A program made the translations under genes and the position numbers. Shown one piece after another: positions 50,344-61,552 of a DNA stretch of 64,000 nt. Origin of the DNA: Macrostomum lignano (Eukaryota); the NCBI GenBank assembly GCA_002269645.1, contig NIVC01002473.1:107087-171086 (forward strand), written 5' to 3'. Each line of letters opens with the position of its first letter. Position 1 is the first letter of the stretch. The notes beneath the pieces are model-generated. The model did not search any database, was not told the DNA's origin, and saw only the letters and a list, made by a program, of their open reading frames with translations.

Positions 50344-50742
50344 ATGACACACGTTACACATATGCAAAATCTGAATGAATTGCAGGTAGGAGACCCAGTT
50401 GAATACCGAGGTGAGGGGCTTTTTGATGTGGTTGGAACAGCAGCAAATTTTGTTAAAGACAATATGGGGCTTATAGGGCAAGCTGGCTCTGCAGCAGGCT
50501 CTATAACCAACGCCGTAAAGGGCGGAATTGAAGCAGCTAGAGCGGCAGAAGAACTAAAGAAATTGAGAGATTTTAACGACACCCTCTCACAAATAAATGC
50601 AATAAAAGATTTAAAGCTGGCACAAGCCGCACAACCAACAGAAACCCCCACGAAAAGCGCACCAATAAGTAATAAAGATATTCAGGATTTTAATAAAATG
50701 TTAAATACTATTAAAGGTGGAAAAGGATTAAAGAAATTTTAA
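50344..50742 (+). CDS. Polinton putative virion core/membrane-active protein
   Basis: YRGEGLFDVVG amphipathic segment, Gly/Ala-rich, C-terminal IKGGKGLKKF. Confidence 0.55.
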   Translation: MTHVTHMQNLNELQVGDPVEYRGEGLFDVVGTAANFVKDNMGLIGQAGSAAGSITNAVKGGIEAARAAEELKKLRDFNDTLSQINAIKDLKLAQAAQPTETPTKSAPISNKDIQDFNKMLNTIKGGKGLKKF

Positions 50743-50752
50743 CAATATAAAA

Positions 50753-51738
50753 ATGGACACAGATAACGACCGCTTATATTTTATAGGAGAAATTGTAGAT
50801 ACTTTAGATCTAGATGATAATAAACATAGCCACACAATGTTAAAAAGATTGGATCGATTAGGTAAAAAGTTTGACTACGACATCGATACATTTAAACTCG
50901 CAGCAAAATATGCACAAGAAGGAAGGCCAATATCCTTTAAGAATCGCGGCAGAAATTATAGGTTGACAGACTCCGATGTGAAATTTTTAATGGAGACTCA
51001 CACTAAAAAGGACGGCGGATTACTACCCATTCTACCGCTTCTTTTAGGACTTGGTGCAGCTGGAGCAGTCGGTTTAGCCGGAAAAAGAATTCATGATAAT
51101 GTAAAACAGCTAGGAGAGTTAAGAGCGAAACAGGGGGAATCTTGCCCCTTGCAGCTTTGCTCCCAATAATTTTTGCAGGAATTGGAGCAGCTGGAGGAGT
51201 TGCTGGCGGAGCAGCTGGAATTGCAAAAGCAGTAAATGACAAAAAAGCTGCGGACGAAAAAGCTAAAAGAGAGGCCGAATTTCAAAGACAGCAAATAACG
51301 CAGGACGCACAATTTAAACAAAAACTTATCGATACAATTAATAGTAGTTCAGCAACAGCAGAGCAAAAAAGAAATGCAGAAGCTAGGTTAGCAGCCGGAA
51401 AAGGTTTACTCTTGCAAGGAACAAATCACGGGAATGGTTTGGTACTAAAAGGAACAACCCAAGGAAGTGGAGTTGTAGCAGATAAACTACATGAATTTGG
51501 TCAAACTTTAGAAAAAACGGGTGAGAAAGCTAAAGGATTTTTTGACAATATTGGGGCTAATTTTAGGCCAGCAGTTCAGAAGATTTTTAATAAATTAGGA
51601 AAAGATTTTAACATCATTGAAAAACACGACGGAAGCGGATTATATCTCGAAATGAGACCAAAAGCAGGTTCAGGAATTTTCTTAAATTCAAATGTTATGG
51701 GAAATGGATTGCTATTACCAAAAGCAGATCTCGAATAG
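50753..51738 (+). CDS. Polinton pX(mu)-like core precursor (one gene split by a 1-nt deletion in the G run at 51133-51137)
   Basis: DGGLLPILPLLLGLGAAG, plus QGGILPLAALLPIIFAGIGAAGG once the frame is restored; repeated GxG-hydrophobic motifs. Confidence 0.6.
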
Positions 51739-51822
51739 GCTCCTGGGGGGAGGGTCTGGACACCAAAAACACAAAATTAAAAAATCAATAATTCAAACAT
51801 TATATAAATTTTATTCTATAAA

Positions 51823-54800
51823 ATGGAAGCAATTTTAGCTCAAATCGACAACCCTGAACTTAGAGCACAATTAATAGCTCAAATCGATGCACAACGAATT
51901 GCCGATAGGGCTGAAATAGAAGCAAGAATTAGGGCAGAAAATGAGATACGTTTAGAAAGACAATTAAATGATATTAATAACCCCCAACCACAAGGACAAA
52001 ATGGAGCTGAAGTAATATATATAGATATAGATATAAATACAAATTATAAAGAATATTTTAAACAAATGAAAGATAAATTAAAGACTATATTAAACAATTA
52101 TACTATAAGGCCAAATAACAAACGACAGCCAATTAAGTATAAAATAGAAGTTGAAACAGAATTTAAAAAACCAAATATTCTTAATGCAAATTCAGAAATT
52201 GAAGTAATAAATAACTTTTCACAAGAATCATATAAAACATTATTATCAATGGGAAATTACAACAATCAATTCGATCAAATAGAAGCTGAGTTTGATGAAT
52301 GGATAGATAAGATGACAGAAAACGGATCTGGGTTTATATTTGTTTCATGCAATTCAGCAACAGTAAAGATTGCACCCATAGAAATTCTTAAAGGACGATC
52401 ACATATGAAGCTCAAATTTAAATCACCTATGATTATAAATCCAGACAATAAAGATAATAAATGTTTATTATGGTGTTTATTAATTCATAAATATCACAAT
52501 CAAGTAGAATCACACATTAATAAAATATATAATTATAGACAATATGAGGATGAAATAATAATGAAAAACATATCATACCCAGTAGCAATAGATGATATAT
52601 ATAAGATTGAAAAAATGAATGGTTTAAATATTAATGTTTTTACAATTGAAGAACCAAAAGATCTAGAAGAAATTCAACAGGTTGATCCAGAATGGTATAA
52701 GAAAAACTGTTATCTTGTTAAGCCAGCAACTGATATAACAGCACCAGATCAAATCGATCTTTTGTACATGCAGCGCGAAAATGAAACACATTATATATAC
52801 ATAAAAGATATTAGTTCTTTTTTAAGAGAAAATAGAAATAGATATCCGCTATGTAGAAATTGTTTTACATTTAAAAAGGATGAAACAGCTCTTAAAAACC
52901 ACCAACGATTTTGTTTAGATCACAAATTTACTAATGCTATAATGCCAGCATCTGAAGATGCAACCCTAAAGTTCCAACAACATTATATGGCAGTTAAAAA
53001 ACCAATAGTAATATATGCTGATTTTGAAGCAACAAATGTTCCCTTAAAAGAATCACAGACGACATCTGATGACGGGGATCATGCAAAGCATGCGACCCTA
53101 CGGGACGAATGCACAAAAAAATTGGCACAACAGTTTCCGAATAGTTATTGTATATATGTACACTCTGTAGCTGATCATATATTTAAATCAAGGATGATTA
53201 CTTACCACGGTAATGATGCAGCTAAGCACATGGCAGAATCATTAGTAAATGTATTTGAATATATTCAAAATCAATATGATAAATTATCAAAAAATATTAA
53301 TATGACAAATAAGGATAGAGACAATTATAAAAATGCAACAAATTGTTTTATGTGCAAAAGACATTTAAGTAAGAATAATAAGATACGAGAACATTGTCAT
53401 CTAACAGGAAATTATCGAGGGGCAGCATGTAGATCATGTAACGCAAAAGAAGGAAAAGGATGTAAGGAAATACCAGTATTTTTTCATAATGGTCCGGATA
53501 TGATTTTCATTTCTTAGTTCGAGAATTGCTTCATTTAGGAAAGGATGAATATGAAATAAATATATTACCTAAAACATCAGAAAATTACATATCAATAACA
53601 TATGGTAAGAAATACTCCCATCTAGTTTTTCTAGATCCTTGAGATTCTTATCAACATCTTTAGCAAATGTTGTTTCATCATTAGTTCCAAAACCATGGGA
53701 TTTAGAAATAGTAAAGAAAAACTTTCCAATACTATTGAATCGTTTCAAAAAGGAAAAACTATCCGAGGAAGAACTAATGCTATTAACTCGTAAGGGCATC
53801 TACCATATGAATATGTAACATCTGAAGACGTATTTTTTCATACCGAATTACCCCCAATTGAAAAGTTTTATTCAACATTATCACAAACAAACATAAGTGA
53901 ATCGGATTATGAACACGCTCAAAAAGTATGGAAATACTTTAATTGTAAAACATTTAAAGATTATCATAATCTATATCTTAAAGCAGATGTTCTCCTATTA
54001 GCTGATGCATTTGAAAACTTTAGGAATCATACATATGAGAATTTTAAAATTGATCCCGCATATTGTTTCAGTGCACCGGGATTAACATGGGCTTGTGGTT
54101 TGAAACATACAGATGTTAAGATTGATTTACTAACTGATCATGATATGTTGTTAATGATTGAGAGAGGAATTCGCGGTGGATTCTCGGGTGTACTAGGAGA
54201 TAGATATACTAAAGTAAATAATAAATATCTACCAAATTATAATAAAAAAGAAAAATCATCATATGTATTATATCTAGATGCAAACAATTTATACGGTGGT
54301 TGTATGAAACAAAAATTACCAATAGCTGATTTCCAATGGGAAGATGACCCCGATTATTACAAAAATATTCCCGAAGGAAGGGGCTGTATCGTAGAAGTGG
54401 ATTTGCAATATACTCGGGAAGCAAAAGCAAAAACATATAAATATCCTTTAGCTCCAGAGCATTGTTCAGTTAATGAAGATGATTTATCACAAACACAAAA
54501 AGATTATCTTAAAGTAGATAATACAAAACATCTAGCAACAAAAAAATTAATATTAAATTTACATGATAAGAAAAACTATGTAGTGCATTATAAGCTTCTA
54601 CAATTTTATGAAAAGCAGGGATTAAAAGTGTCTAAAGTACATCGAACAATATCGTTTATTGAGGAAGATTGGTTAGCTAAATATATTGACTTTAATTCAA
54701 ATCAGAGACAGATGTCAAAAACAAATTTTGAGAAAGATTATTGGAAATTAATGAATAATGCTTTTTATGGAAAAACGGTTGAAAATATTAGAGATAGAAC

Positions 54801-55539
54801 CCAATTCCATTTAGAAAAGGATATTGATAAAGCAAAGAAATATTTCTCAAAACCTAACTTTAAAGACTTTATAAAATTTGATGATAACTTTATGGGTATT
54901 CATATGAGAAATAAAACAACAAAATTTCTTAAACCAATATTTATTGGAATGGTTGTTTTAGATTTTGCAAAGCTAGTAATGTATGAATACTATTATGATG
55001 TTATAAATAAAACATGGCCAGATAACTATCCAATATATGCAGACACCGACAGTTTGGTATTTAAGGTTGAAACAGATGACCGGACGGAGTCCGCGAACCA
55101 AAGGTTCGATGTCTATAAAGATATGGAAAAAATTAAGGATACATTGGATACCTCCGACTATCCGGATAACCATCCTTTAAAATCAGATCAAAATAAAAAA
55201 GTTGTACTTAAAATGAAAGATGAATTAAATAGCAAAATCATAACCGAGTTTATAGCAATAAGATCAAAATGCTATGCATTTAAGGTTTTAGGACAGGAGG
55301 GAGAGGTAAAAAAAATAAAAGGGGTATCAAGAGCAGCAGTAAAAAAGATAACATTTGATGATTATAAAAACGTACTTTTAGATTACCTTAATACAATTGA
55401 AAATTATCATGCTCCACAATATCGATTAAATTCAGATAAGCATCAGATGTTTGTCATCGAGACAGATAAAAAAACATTAAGTCCATTTGATGATAAAAGA
55501 TATTTAGATGATAAAATTAAAACATATCCATTGGTTTAA
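51823..55539 (+). CDS. polB: Protein-primed family B DNA polymerase (three 1-nt frameshifts at ~53493, ~53636, ~53804)
   Basis: IYADFE, FHN.SGYD, RKGIYPYEY (restored), YLDANNLYG, KLMNNAFYGK, YADTDS. Confidence 0.95.
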
Positions 55540-55556
55540 AAGAAGAGATAAAAAAT

Positions 55557-55817
55557 ATGATAAAAGATAAAAAACAAAAAGAAGATATAATAAGTAAATA
55601 TAATGAATACAAAGCGGCAATAAATAATTATTATTACGATTGTGATTGTGAATCCGAATGTGATTGTGAATATAATACATTTCTAGAATATGAAAAAGAT
55701 ATAGATAATTATTATTCAACATTTCCAAAAGAACTTAAAAAATTAAATAAGGAAAAAGTCTTGAATAACTGGAAGAGATTAACAGAAAAATTACTTATCG
55801 GGTCTGTAAAAAACTAA
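55557..55817 (+). CDS. Polinton small hypothetical protein
   Basis: Open ORF directly after polB with an A-rich start context. Confidence 0.5.
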   Translation: MIKDKKQKEDIISKYNEYKAAINNYYYDCDCESECDCEYNTFLEYEKDIDNYYSTFPKELKKLNKEKVLNNWKRLTEKLLIGSVKN

Positions 55818-56150
55818 AGCATGTAATTGTTTGAGCAAATCATTAACTTCAATTTCATATATTATTGAGCACCAATTATCCTCACAGTCGGCAGGGTAAC
55901 TTAAACAATCCTTTATTTTTTTCCTAAGTTTTTTTATTTTTCTAACCAATCTATCTATTTCAATTTCAATTACTATTTCAGCATAAACAATATCTTGTCT
56001 TAAAAAACGTTTTCTTTTATCTATCTCATATCGGATGGGAAACATATCGTCCCCATACTCATGATATTTCTGAGATATAATTATATTTATTTTTTTATTA
56101 ATATCATTAAGTTCACGCTCTTTAGTGATAAGGATTTTTATCGTATCCAT
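55791..56150 (-). CDS. Polinton hypothetical coiled-coil protein
   Basis: AAAATG start; compact packing. Confidence 0.55.
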   Translation of the reverse strand: MDTIKILITKERELNDINKKINIIISQKYHEYGDDMFPIRYEIDKRKRFLRQDIVYAEIVIEIEIDRLVRKIKKLRKKIKDCLSYPADCEDNWCSIIYEIEVNDLLKQLHALVFYRPDK

Positions 56151-56165
56151 TTTCTTATAAAAAAT

Positions 56166-56498
56166 TTAGTCTTCGTCGTCATCCTCCCAAACAGCCGCCA
56201 ATTTTACAGTCCTATCACTCTTTTTATTATTTGTTTGTTTTAGTTTAAATTGCAATCCACCCTCGTTGCAGTATTTCATAACAAACGCTTTAGGTTTATT
56301 AATAACTAAAACAGGAAAATTTTTAACATCATCTCCGCTTAGACATAAAATTTTTTGCCCATCTAATTGTAAAAATATTGATTGAAGCCCAATAAATTTA
56401 ACCTGTCTCAAACATATAATATTATATTCTTTATTCTCCAACATATTGGGTGTGAGATAATTAATCACATTAGAATCGGTTTTGAACCAGCTCTCCAT
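56166..56498 (-). CDS. Polinton hypothetical beta-rich protein with acidic C-terminal tail
   Basis: TAAAAATG start; ends WEDDDED. Confidence 0.6.
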   Translation of the reverse strand: MESWFKTDSNVINYLTPNMLENKEYNIICLRQVKFIGLQSIFLQLDGQKILCLSGDDVKNFPVLVINKPKAFVMKYCNEGGLQFKLKQTNNKKSDRTVKLAAVWEDDDED

Positions 56499-56524
56499 TT
56501 TTAATCTAAAAAAATAACAAAAAA

Positions 56525-56986
56525 ATGAAAGACATTTATGTTTGTAATAAATGTAATGTGACTATGCACAGAGGGCAAACAGCAAACGGAGATATATATC
56601 ATATGTGTTATTCATGTTCTAAAATATATCAATTTGAAAAAACAAAAAAGATTGAAAACTCATATTACTATTTTAAAAACACAATTTTAAGAAATCTTAC
56701 AAGAGACATTTCTGATCCAATTTTAATTCCCGGAAATAATGTTTATTTATATAATAACTTTTTCCATTTAAATAAAGGAAAGGGATTAAGTTCGAAAGAC
56801 TCTGAAAGGATTTTAATTTTAGTTGGATATTATTTCAATTTTCTTATTCGAGAGAATACAAAGTTTATAAGGATAGGTAACATACCTAACGAAATGTTAT
56901 TGAAAAAGTCATTGGAATTTTTATGTATTGATAAAAAATTTAAACCTAGATCAGAAGAGAGTTACCACTTTGGGAAGAATATATAA
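56525..56986 (+). CDS. Polinton hypothetical protein with N-terminal CxxC...CxxC zinc ribbon
   Basis: CNKC...CYSC. Confidence 0.6.
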   Translation: MKDIYVCNKCNVTMHRGQTANGDIYHMCYSCSKIYQFEKTKKIENSYYYFKNTILRNLTRDISDPILIPGNNVYLYNNFFHLNKGKGLSSKDSERILILVGYYFNFLIRENTKFIRIGNIPNEMLLKKSLEFLCIDKKFKPRSEESYHFGKNI

Positions 56987-57003
56987 CATATGCATTAGAA
57001 AAA

Positions 57004-57660
57004 CTAAACAACCTGAAGTTCTACCGCACTTCCTGACCGCGGGCTTTGTGCCCCAGTAGCAATAGTTTCAGGTTCGTAAATGCCTAATGTTTCTATCGGT
57101 GGAGCTTTGGGTTTATCGAGTCTCAACTCTTTTAATTCCATATCGGTAAAAGTTTCAACATCTAAAATTCTATTTCTATCTTTTAAATATTTTTCATATA
57201 ATTCAACCGCGGTTGATAATTCATGAATCGTTATCTCTCCGTCATCCAATATTTTTTGCACATATAAATATAATTGATTTTTATATTGTTTTGCAACATC
57301 TCTTAATGATTTATATTTTTCCTTTCTTTTTTTAAGATATAATTTAATTGCTAAAAGTATTGATAAGTTCCTGATCAATTCAAAACCTGATATTGAGCCA
57401 ATTGAAATACCTAAAAATAATTGAGATAAATTAAGAGTTGGAATAGATTGTAAAATACCTAAAACGATTACACATAACATTGATAAGCTTCCAAATCCAA
57501 TATTGAAAAAGTCCATATTTCTTATATGGTTTGAAACTCTTCTTACTTTTTTAGCATATAAATCATAATCATAATTTATTCGATCAACATTACTTAACAT
57601 CTGACCTTTACGTTGGTTGAACCGGTCGCGTTCCCATTTATCTGCTTCAGATACCGACAT
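57004..57660 (-). CDS. Polinton membrane protein (TM hairpin plus DGEIT..E helix)
   Basis: Hydrophobic hairpin at ~aa 52-108, then KEKY...ILDDGEITIHEL. Confidence 0.65.
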   Translation of the reverse strand: MSVSEADKWERDRFNQRKGQMLSNVDRINYDYDLYAKKVRRVSNHIRNMDFFNIGFGSLSMLCVIVLGILQSIPTLNLSQLFLGISIGSISGFELIRNLSILLAIKLYLKKRKEKYKSLRDVAKQYKNQLYLYVQKILDDGEITIHELSTAVELYEKYLKDRNRILDVETFTDMELKELRLDKPKAPPIETLGIYEPETIATGAQSPRSGSAVELQVV

Positions 57661-57973
57661 TCTCGTCTATTTTTAATAGCACCAAAATGAATTCCCCACG
57701 CTCTTTGGGTATTTGCCCGGAGCTTAATAGGTATTGTATTGGAGTGATTCTTTCTTTTTTCTCCCATTTAAATCCTATTTTCCAAAACTCTTGAAGTATA
57801 ATATGATTTTTTAATAACTTAATTAATTCTTGAAGCTTCTTATTATCCTGAACATTTACAGTACTAAATAAAAATTTGGTATGAGATTTGAATGTTTTTA
57901 TATTTGATTCTTGTTTAGGAATAGGAATAATAACATTATTTTGCCGCATCGATGGAGTTCTACTAAAAGCCAT
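57647..57973 (-). CDS. Polinton hypothetical protein
   Basis: TATAAAATG start (MAFSRTP...) inside the longer track ORF. Confidence 0.5.
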   Translation of the reverse strand: MAFSRTPSMRQNNVIIPIPKQESNIKTFKSHTKFLFSTVNVQDNKKLQELIKLLKNHIILQEFWKIGFKWEKKERITPIQYLLSSGQIPKERGEFILVLLKIDENVGI

Positions 57974-58004
57974 TTTATATAGAAATATTTTATATATAAA
58001 TATT

Positions 58005-60050
58005 TTATATTTGAGTAGGAGGTTTTTCCAAATAAGCAGTAGAGGGAAAAACATAACCAAACGACGTACTACCACATACAACTGCACCACGAATAAAATG
58101 TGCAGCATCCGCTCCACCAGTTCGAGCACCAAAACCCATAAGGGTTCCAGATTTATCTAAAGTTCCCCAAGTTCCACTATCATATGTGAAAACGTTCTGT
58201 CCAATGAGGGTAAAAGAATCACCAGCAACATTGTATGACTGTAATCGGTACCAAACCCTTTGATTTAAAATATTAACTTCAAATAAATGCCAATCACCGT
58301 TATCAATATTAGCATAGGCTACAGTTTGATCCGCATCACTACTAACATCGTTACGAACCGTAGATCCGTCTGATTTTTTATTACTCCAAACAACTCCAAA
58401 CCTATCATGCCACTCACTTGCAAAAACTATCAATCCGGCGTCGGTTGATAATCCAGATCCAAATTCCGATGTTGGACGTTGGTGACAGTATGCATAAAAC
58501 CAAACCGCATCTGCACCATCTCCTGTAGCATTAGCAACTCGGAAAAAGAAAGACGCAGATATATTTTGAAAATGTGTGAAATTGAATTGTAAAGCACCAC
58601 TTACTCCAGAAGTTTCACGAGTAATTCTAGCGCCGTTTTGATAATCGATATAAGAAGCGTCACCAATTAAAGAACCGACTGGATATATATCTCCGGCGGT
58701 TGTTGGATTTTGATATCCAGACCAATTGCAAATTACTGGTTCGAACAAGGCCGCATCAATAGCAGGTATTCCATCCAATTTATTTTTATCGCTTCCAGAC
58801 ATTCTACCATTTGATGTTGGAGTAGCTAGCTGATCTACGTACGCTCGCGGAACTGCAGAAAGTATTTGAGTTGGCCAATTAAGATCTTGAATTTCAACAC
58901 GGTGTTCAAATAATTGTATTTGACGAACCTCGATAGGTTGTGTACCGGTACCACCAGTTGGGAAGAATACGCTATAATATTTCCAAAAATTAGTCGTTAA
59001 ATTAGATAGAGCAAATGATGTTGCTTGAACTGGTGATCCCGACGTAGTTAATGTCGTCCATGAATCGGTAGCAACATTTTTTGCGCGAACCGACCACCCG
59101 AGGGTATCTCAATTGTTTCACTGCCTGTAATTCTTAATTCAAATATTCTTCTATTATAACCTAAAAATTCAAATTGAATTTCCATATTGGTTGTGGTTCC
59201 GGTATTTGGTGACCATTGGGTCGCAAGGCTTCCATCTCCAACTCGAAAAGCTGTGTTGCCATTTTCAGATGCTGTAAGAACAACATCAGGATTTGAAGTA
59301 TTTGATGTAAGCGGCGTGGTAAAAATATCGGCGTCGGTTGCATTAGCTCGCTCATTTACTTGGCCTAGAGTTATCGAGTCTGCGTTCTCTGTTCCAAATA
59401 ATAAATTTGTTAATTTAAAATTATTCATATTAATATTACCACTACGAGTGGCAACTTGATTATCGACATAGTTCTTATCAACCACTGAATCACTAGTTGT
59501 AATTGAAACATTTATAATTCGGTTGTTGCTCATATCTAGGTTTCCGGTTGCGGTGGTTTGAACATAACGTGAATCAGAATCAGTTCGAGAATAAGAATCA
59601 GTTACATCTCTTTTTAAATTTAATCCATTATCAACTTCGGTTTTGGTATAAGAATCGGCTACGTTCCGTTTCAAATTTAATGAATTATCAACTTCGGTTT
59701 TGGTATAAGAATCGGCTGTATTGCGTTTTAAATTTAATGAATTATCAACTCGTTTTGGTATAAGAATCGGCTGTATTGCGTTTTAAATTTAATGAATTAT
59801 CAACTTCGGTTTTGGTATAGGAATCGGCTACGTTCCGTTTCAGATTTAGTGAATCATCTATTTGAGTTTTGGTATAGGAATCTGCAACATTTCTTTTTAA
59901 ATTTAGTTTAGTATCAACTTCACTTTTTTTATAACCTTCATCTTCATTAATATATCGATTATCTCCAAATGTAACACTTATTCCACCAGATGTGCCACCA
60001 CCACCACTACTTGTTGTTCCGTTCCATGAGGGTGTTCCAGAAAATAACAT
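58005..60050 (-). CDS. Fibre-like protein: 19-aa shaft repeats, discoidin/F5-8C-like domain, ConA/L-lectin-like C-terminus (frameshifts ~59750 and ~59100)
   Basis: VDNSLNLKRNVADSYTKTE x~6; NLDMSNNRIIN...KNYVD; AFRVGDGSLATQWSP...EIQF; MSGSDKNKLDGI; GDGADAVWF...DNGDWHLFEV. Confidence 0.65.
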
Positions 60051-60054
60051 TTTT

Positions 60055-60528
60055 TACTGTCTATTTTATAGAGTCTAAAATCGTAGCTCGTAAACTTCGC
60101 ATGCTTTGCATGATACTTAAATACTTCGGGTTTCCTTCGAGTTATTAATTTTATATATAAAAAATACAACGCCGCTTGCCCGCAATAACTTTTATCAAAG
60201 TTTGAAATTGTTCGTGATGATCTCCACATAAACGATTTTTAGTATGATTAAATTTGTCTTTTATTTCCTGTAACGGAGGAAGCGCGTATGAATCAAAAAA
60301 ATAAACAAGTTTAGGTTTGGAATAAACTGCCGACCAATGAACACCATTTTCTTTTGTTGTTTCAATATTAACAATGAAAGATCCATATTGTGGTAAGTCT
60401 TTGATCTCATCTCGCATAACACATCTGAATGGTTTTATTTTTAACTGCCTCGCCCAATTTGTTAATTCGATATTGCTTGTTGTGTCCGTTCCATATCTTT
60501 GTTTAAAATCATCCCACGTCATGGTCAT
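60055..60528 (-). CDS. Adenain-like cysteine (maturation) protease, frameshift ~60201
   Basis: GVHW (His), FFDSY (Asp), Q.FDKSYCG (Gln/Cys, second frame). Confidence 0.85.
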
Positions 60529-60529
60529 T

Positions 60530-60736
60530 TTATGTTCCTGAAAAACTCTTGGTTTTAGTTAGTTTCGTAGGTGTGGGTTTTAACAATTCCTTTCTTATTT
60601 TATCAGCTTGTAACTGCCTTAATTTTGCTAGTTCTAGTTCGTAATTATCTTCAGCTTTTTTAACTTTTTCTGATTGTTTTTTTATTAAATTATTATTATC
60701 GTGCTTTGCACGCGAACATGTTGTTCGATTACCCAT
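60530..60736 (-). CDS. Small basic protein with MGN..C N-terminus
   Basis: TAAAAATG start; lies between penton and protease. Confidence 0.55.
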   Translation of the reverse strand: MGNRTTCSRAKHDNNNLIKKQSEKVKKAEDNYELELAKLRQLQADKIRKELLKPTPTKLTKTKSFSGT

Positions 60737-60739
60737 TTT

Positions 60740-61550
60740 TACTATAGGAAACGGACAAAGTCCGATACCTGTAAACTGTTTTATACGTAAAATTATTGTT
60801 ATTGACTGCCCACCAAAACTTATTAATCTATCGCTTTCATCTACAATCCTAATATAAATTGATTGAACTATATTGATTTAAAGGTAATATATTGGGGTTT
60901 GGGTGCAACAATCATTTTCTCTCCAATTGGAACAGCAAGAAATGGGATTGAATAAATAATTCCACGTTGAACCAAAACTCCGTTATCGTCTGTTATATAA
61001 CCACCGTTTGAAATGTCGGTTGTTATATTAATTGTATTTACTCCACCCTCTATATTTCCAACTGTATCACCGGTGCTTGATGTGGTAACTATTCGGGAAT
61101 TAAATCCAAGTATGGTTCTGAGTGAATTTGCAATTGTGAAATCAACCTGATATCCGGATCCTAGTGATAGTGTGAATCTGCCAGACGGTAAATCAACACC
61201 TATAACAATTGCTCCTGCTACCCAATCACCATTAGTTGTTAATTCTCCTTCTATATAAGCATTCAAATCAGTATAGCTATACGCTCCTGGGTTAACGCTA
61301 AATGTTGTCCAATTGGCTCCGGAATCTTTAGAATATCTAAATTGATTATTTGTTGCATTAATTAATTGAGGCATGTTGAAAACCGAAAATAGTATTAAAC
61401 CTATTTGATAACTTAGGCTTTGATCAAGTTGTAATGGATCGCGCAATTGAATCCGTTGCTCGCTGGTTGTCATTATAAACTGTAATGTTGTACTAAATTT
61501 TGAATTAGTTCGATCTACCAATTGTTTTATAGTATTAAATTTGTAGTCAT
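60740..61550 (-). CDS. Minor capsid protein (penton), frameshifted near both ends
   Basis: NNQFRYS...PGAYSYTDLN, LGF, INITTDI, IIYSIPF; C-terminal IYIRIVDESDRLISFGG in a shifted frame. Confidence 0.75.
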
Positions 61551-61552
61551 TT

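Noticed and set aside
58005-60050. Direct capture of a host lectin exon by the virus
   Set aside because: The fibre domain lacks the CAHT/WW/YNR/CEFEAYG signature of the host exons; only a fold-level resemblance is arguable.
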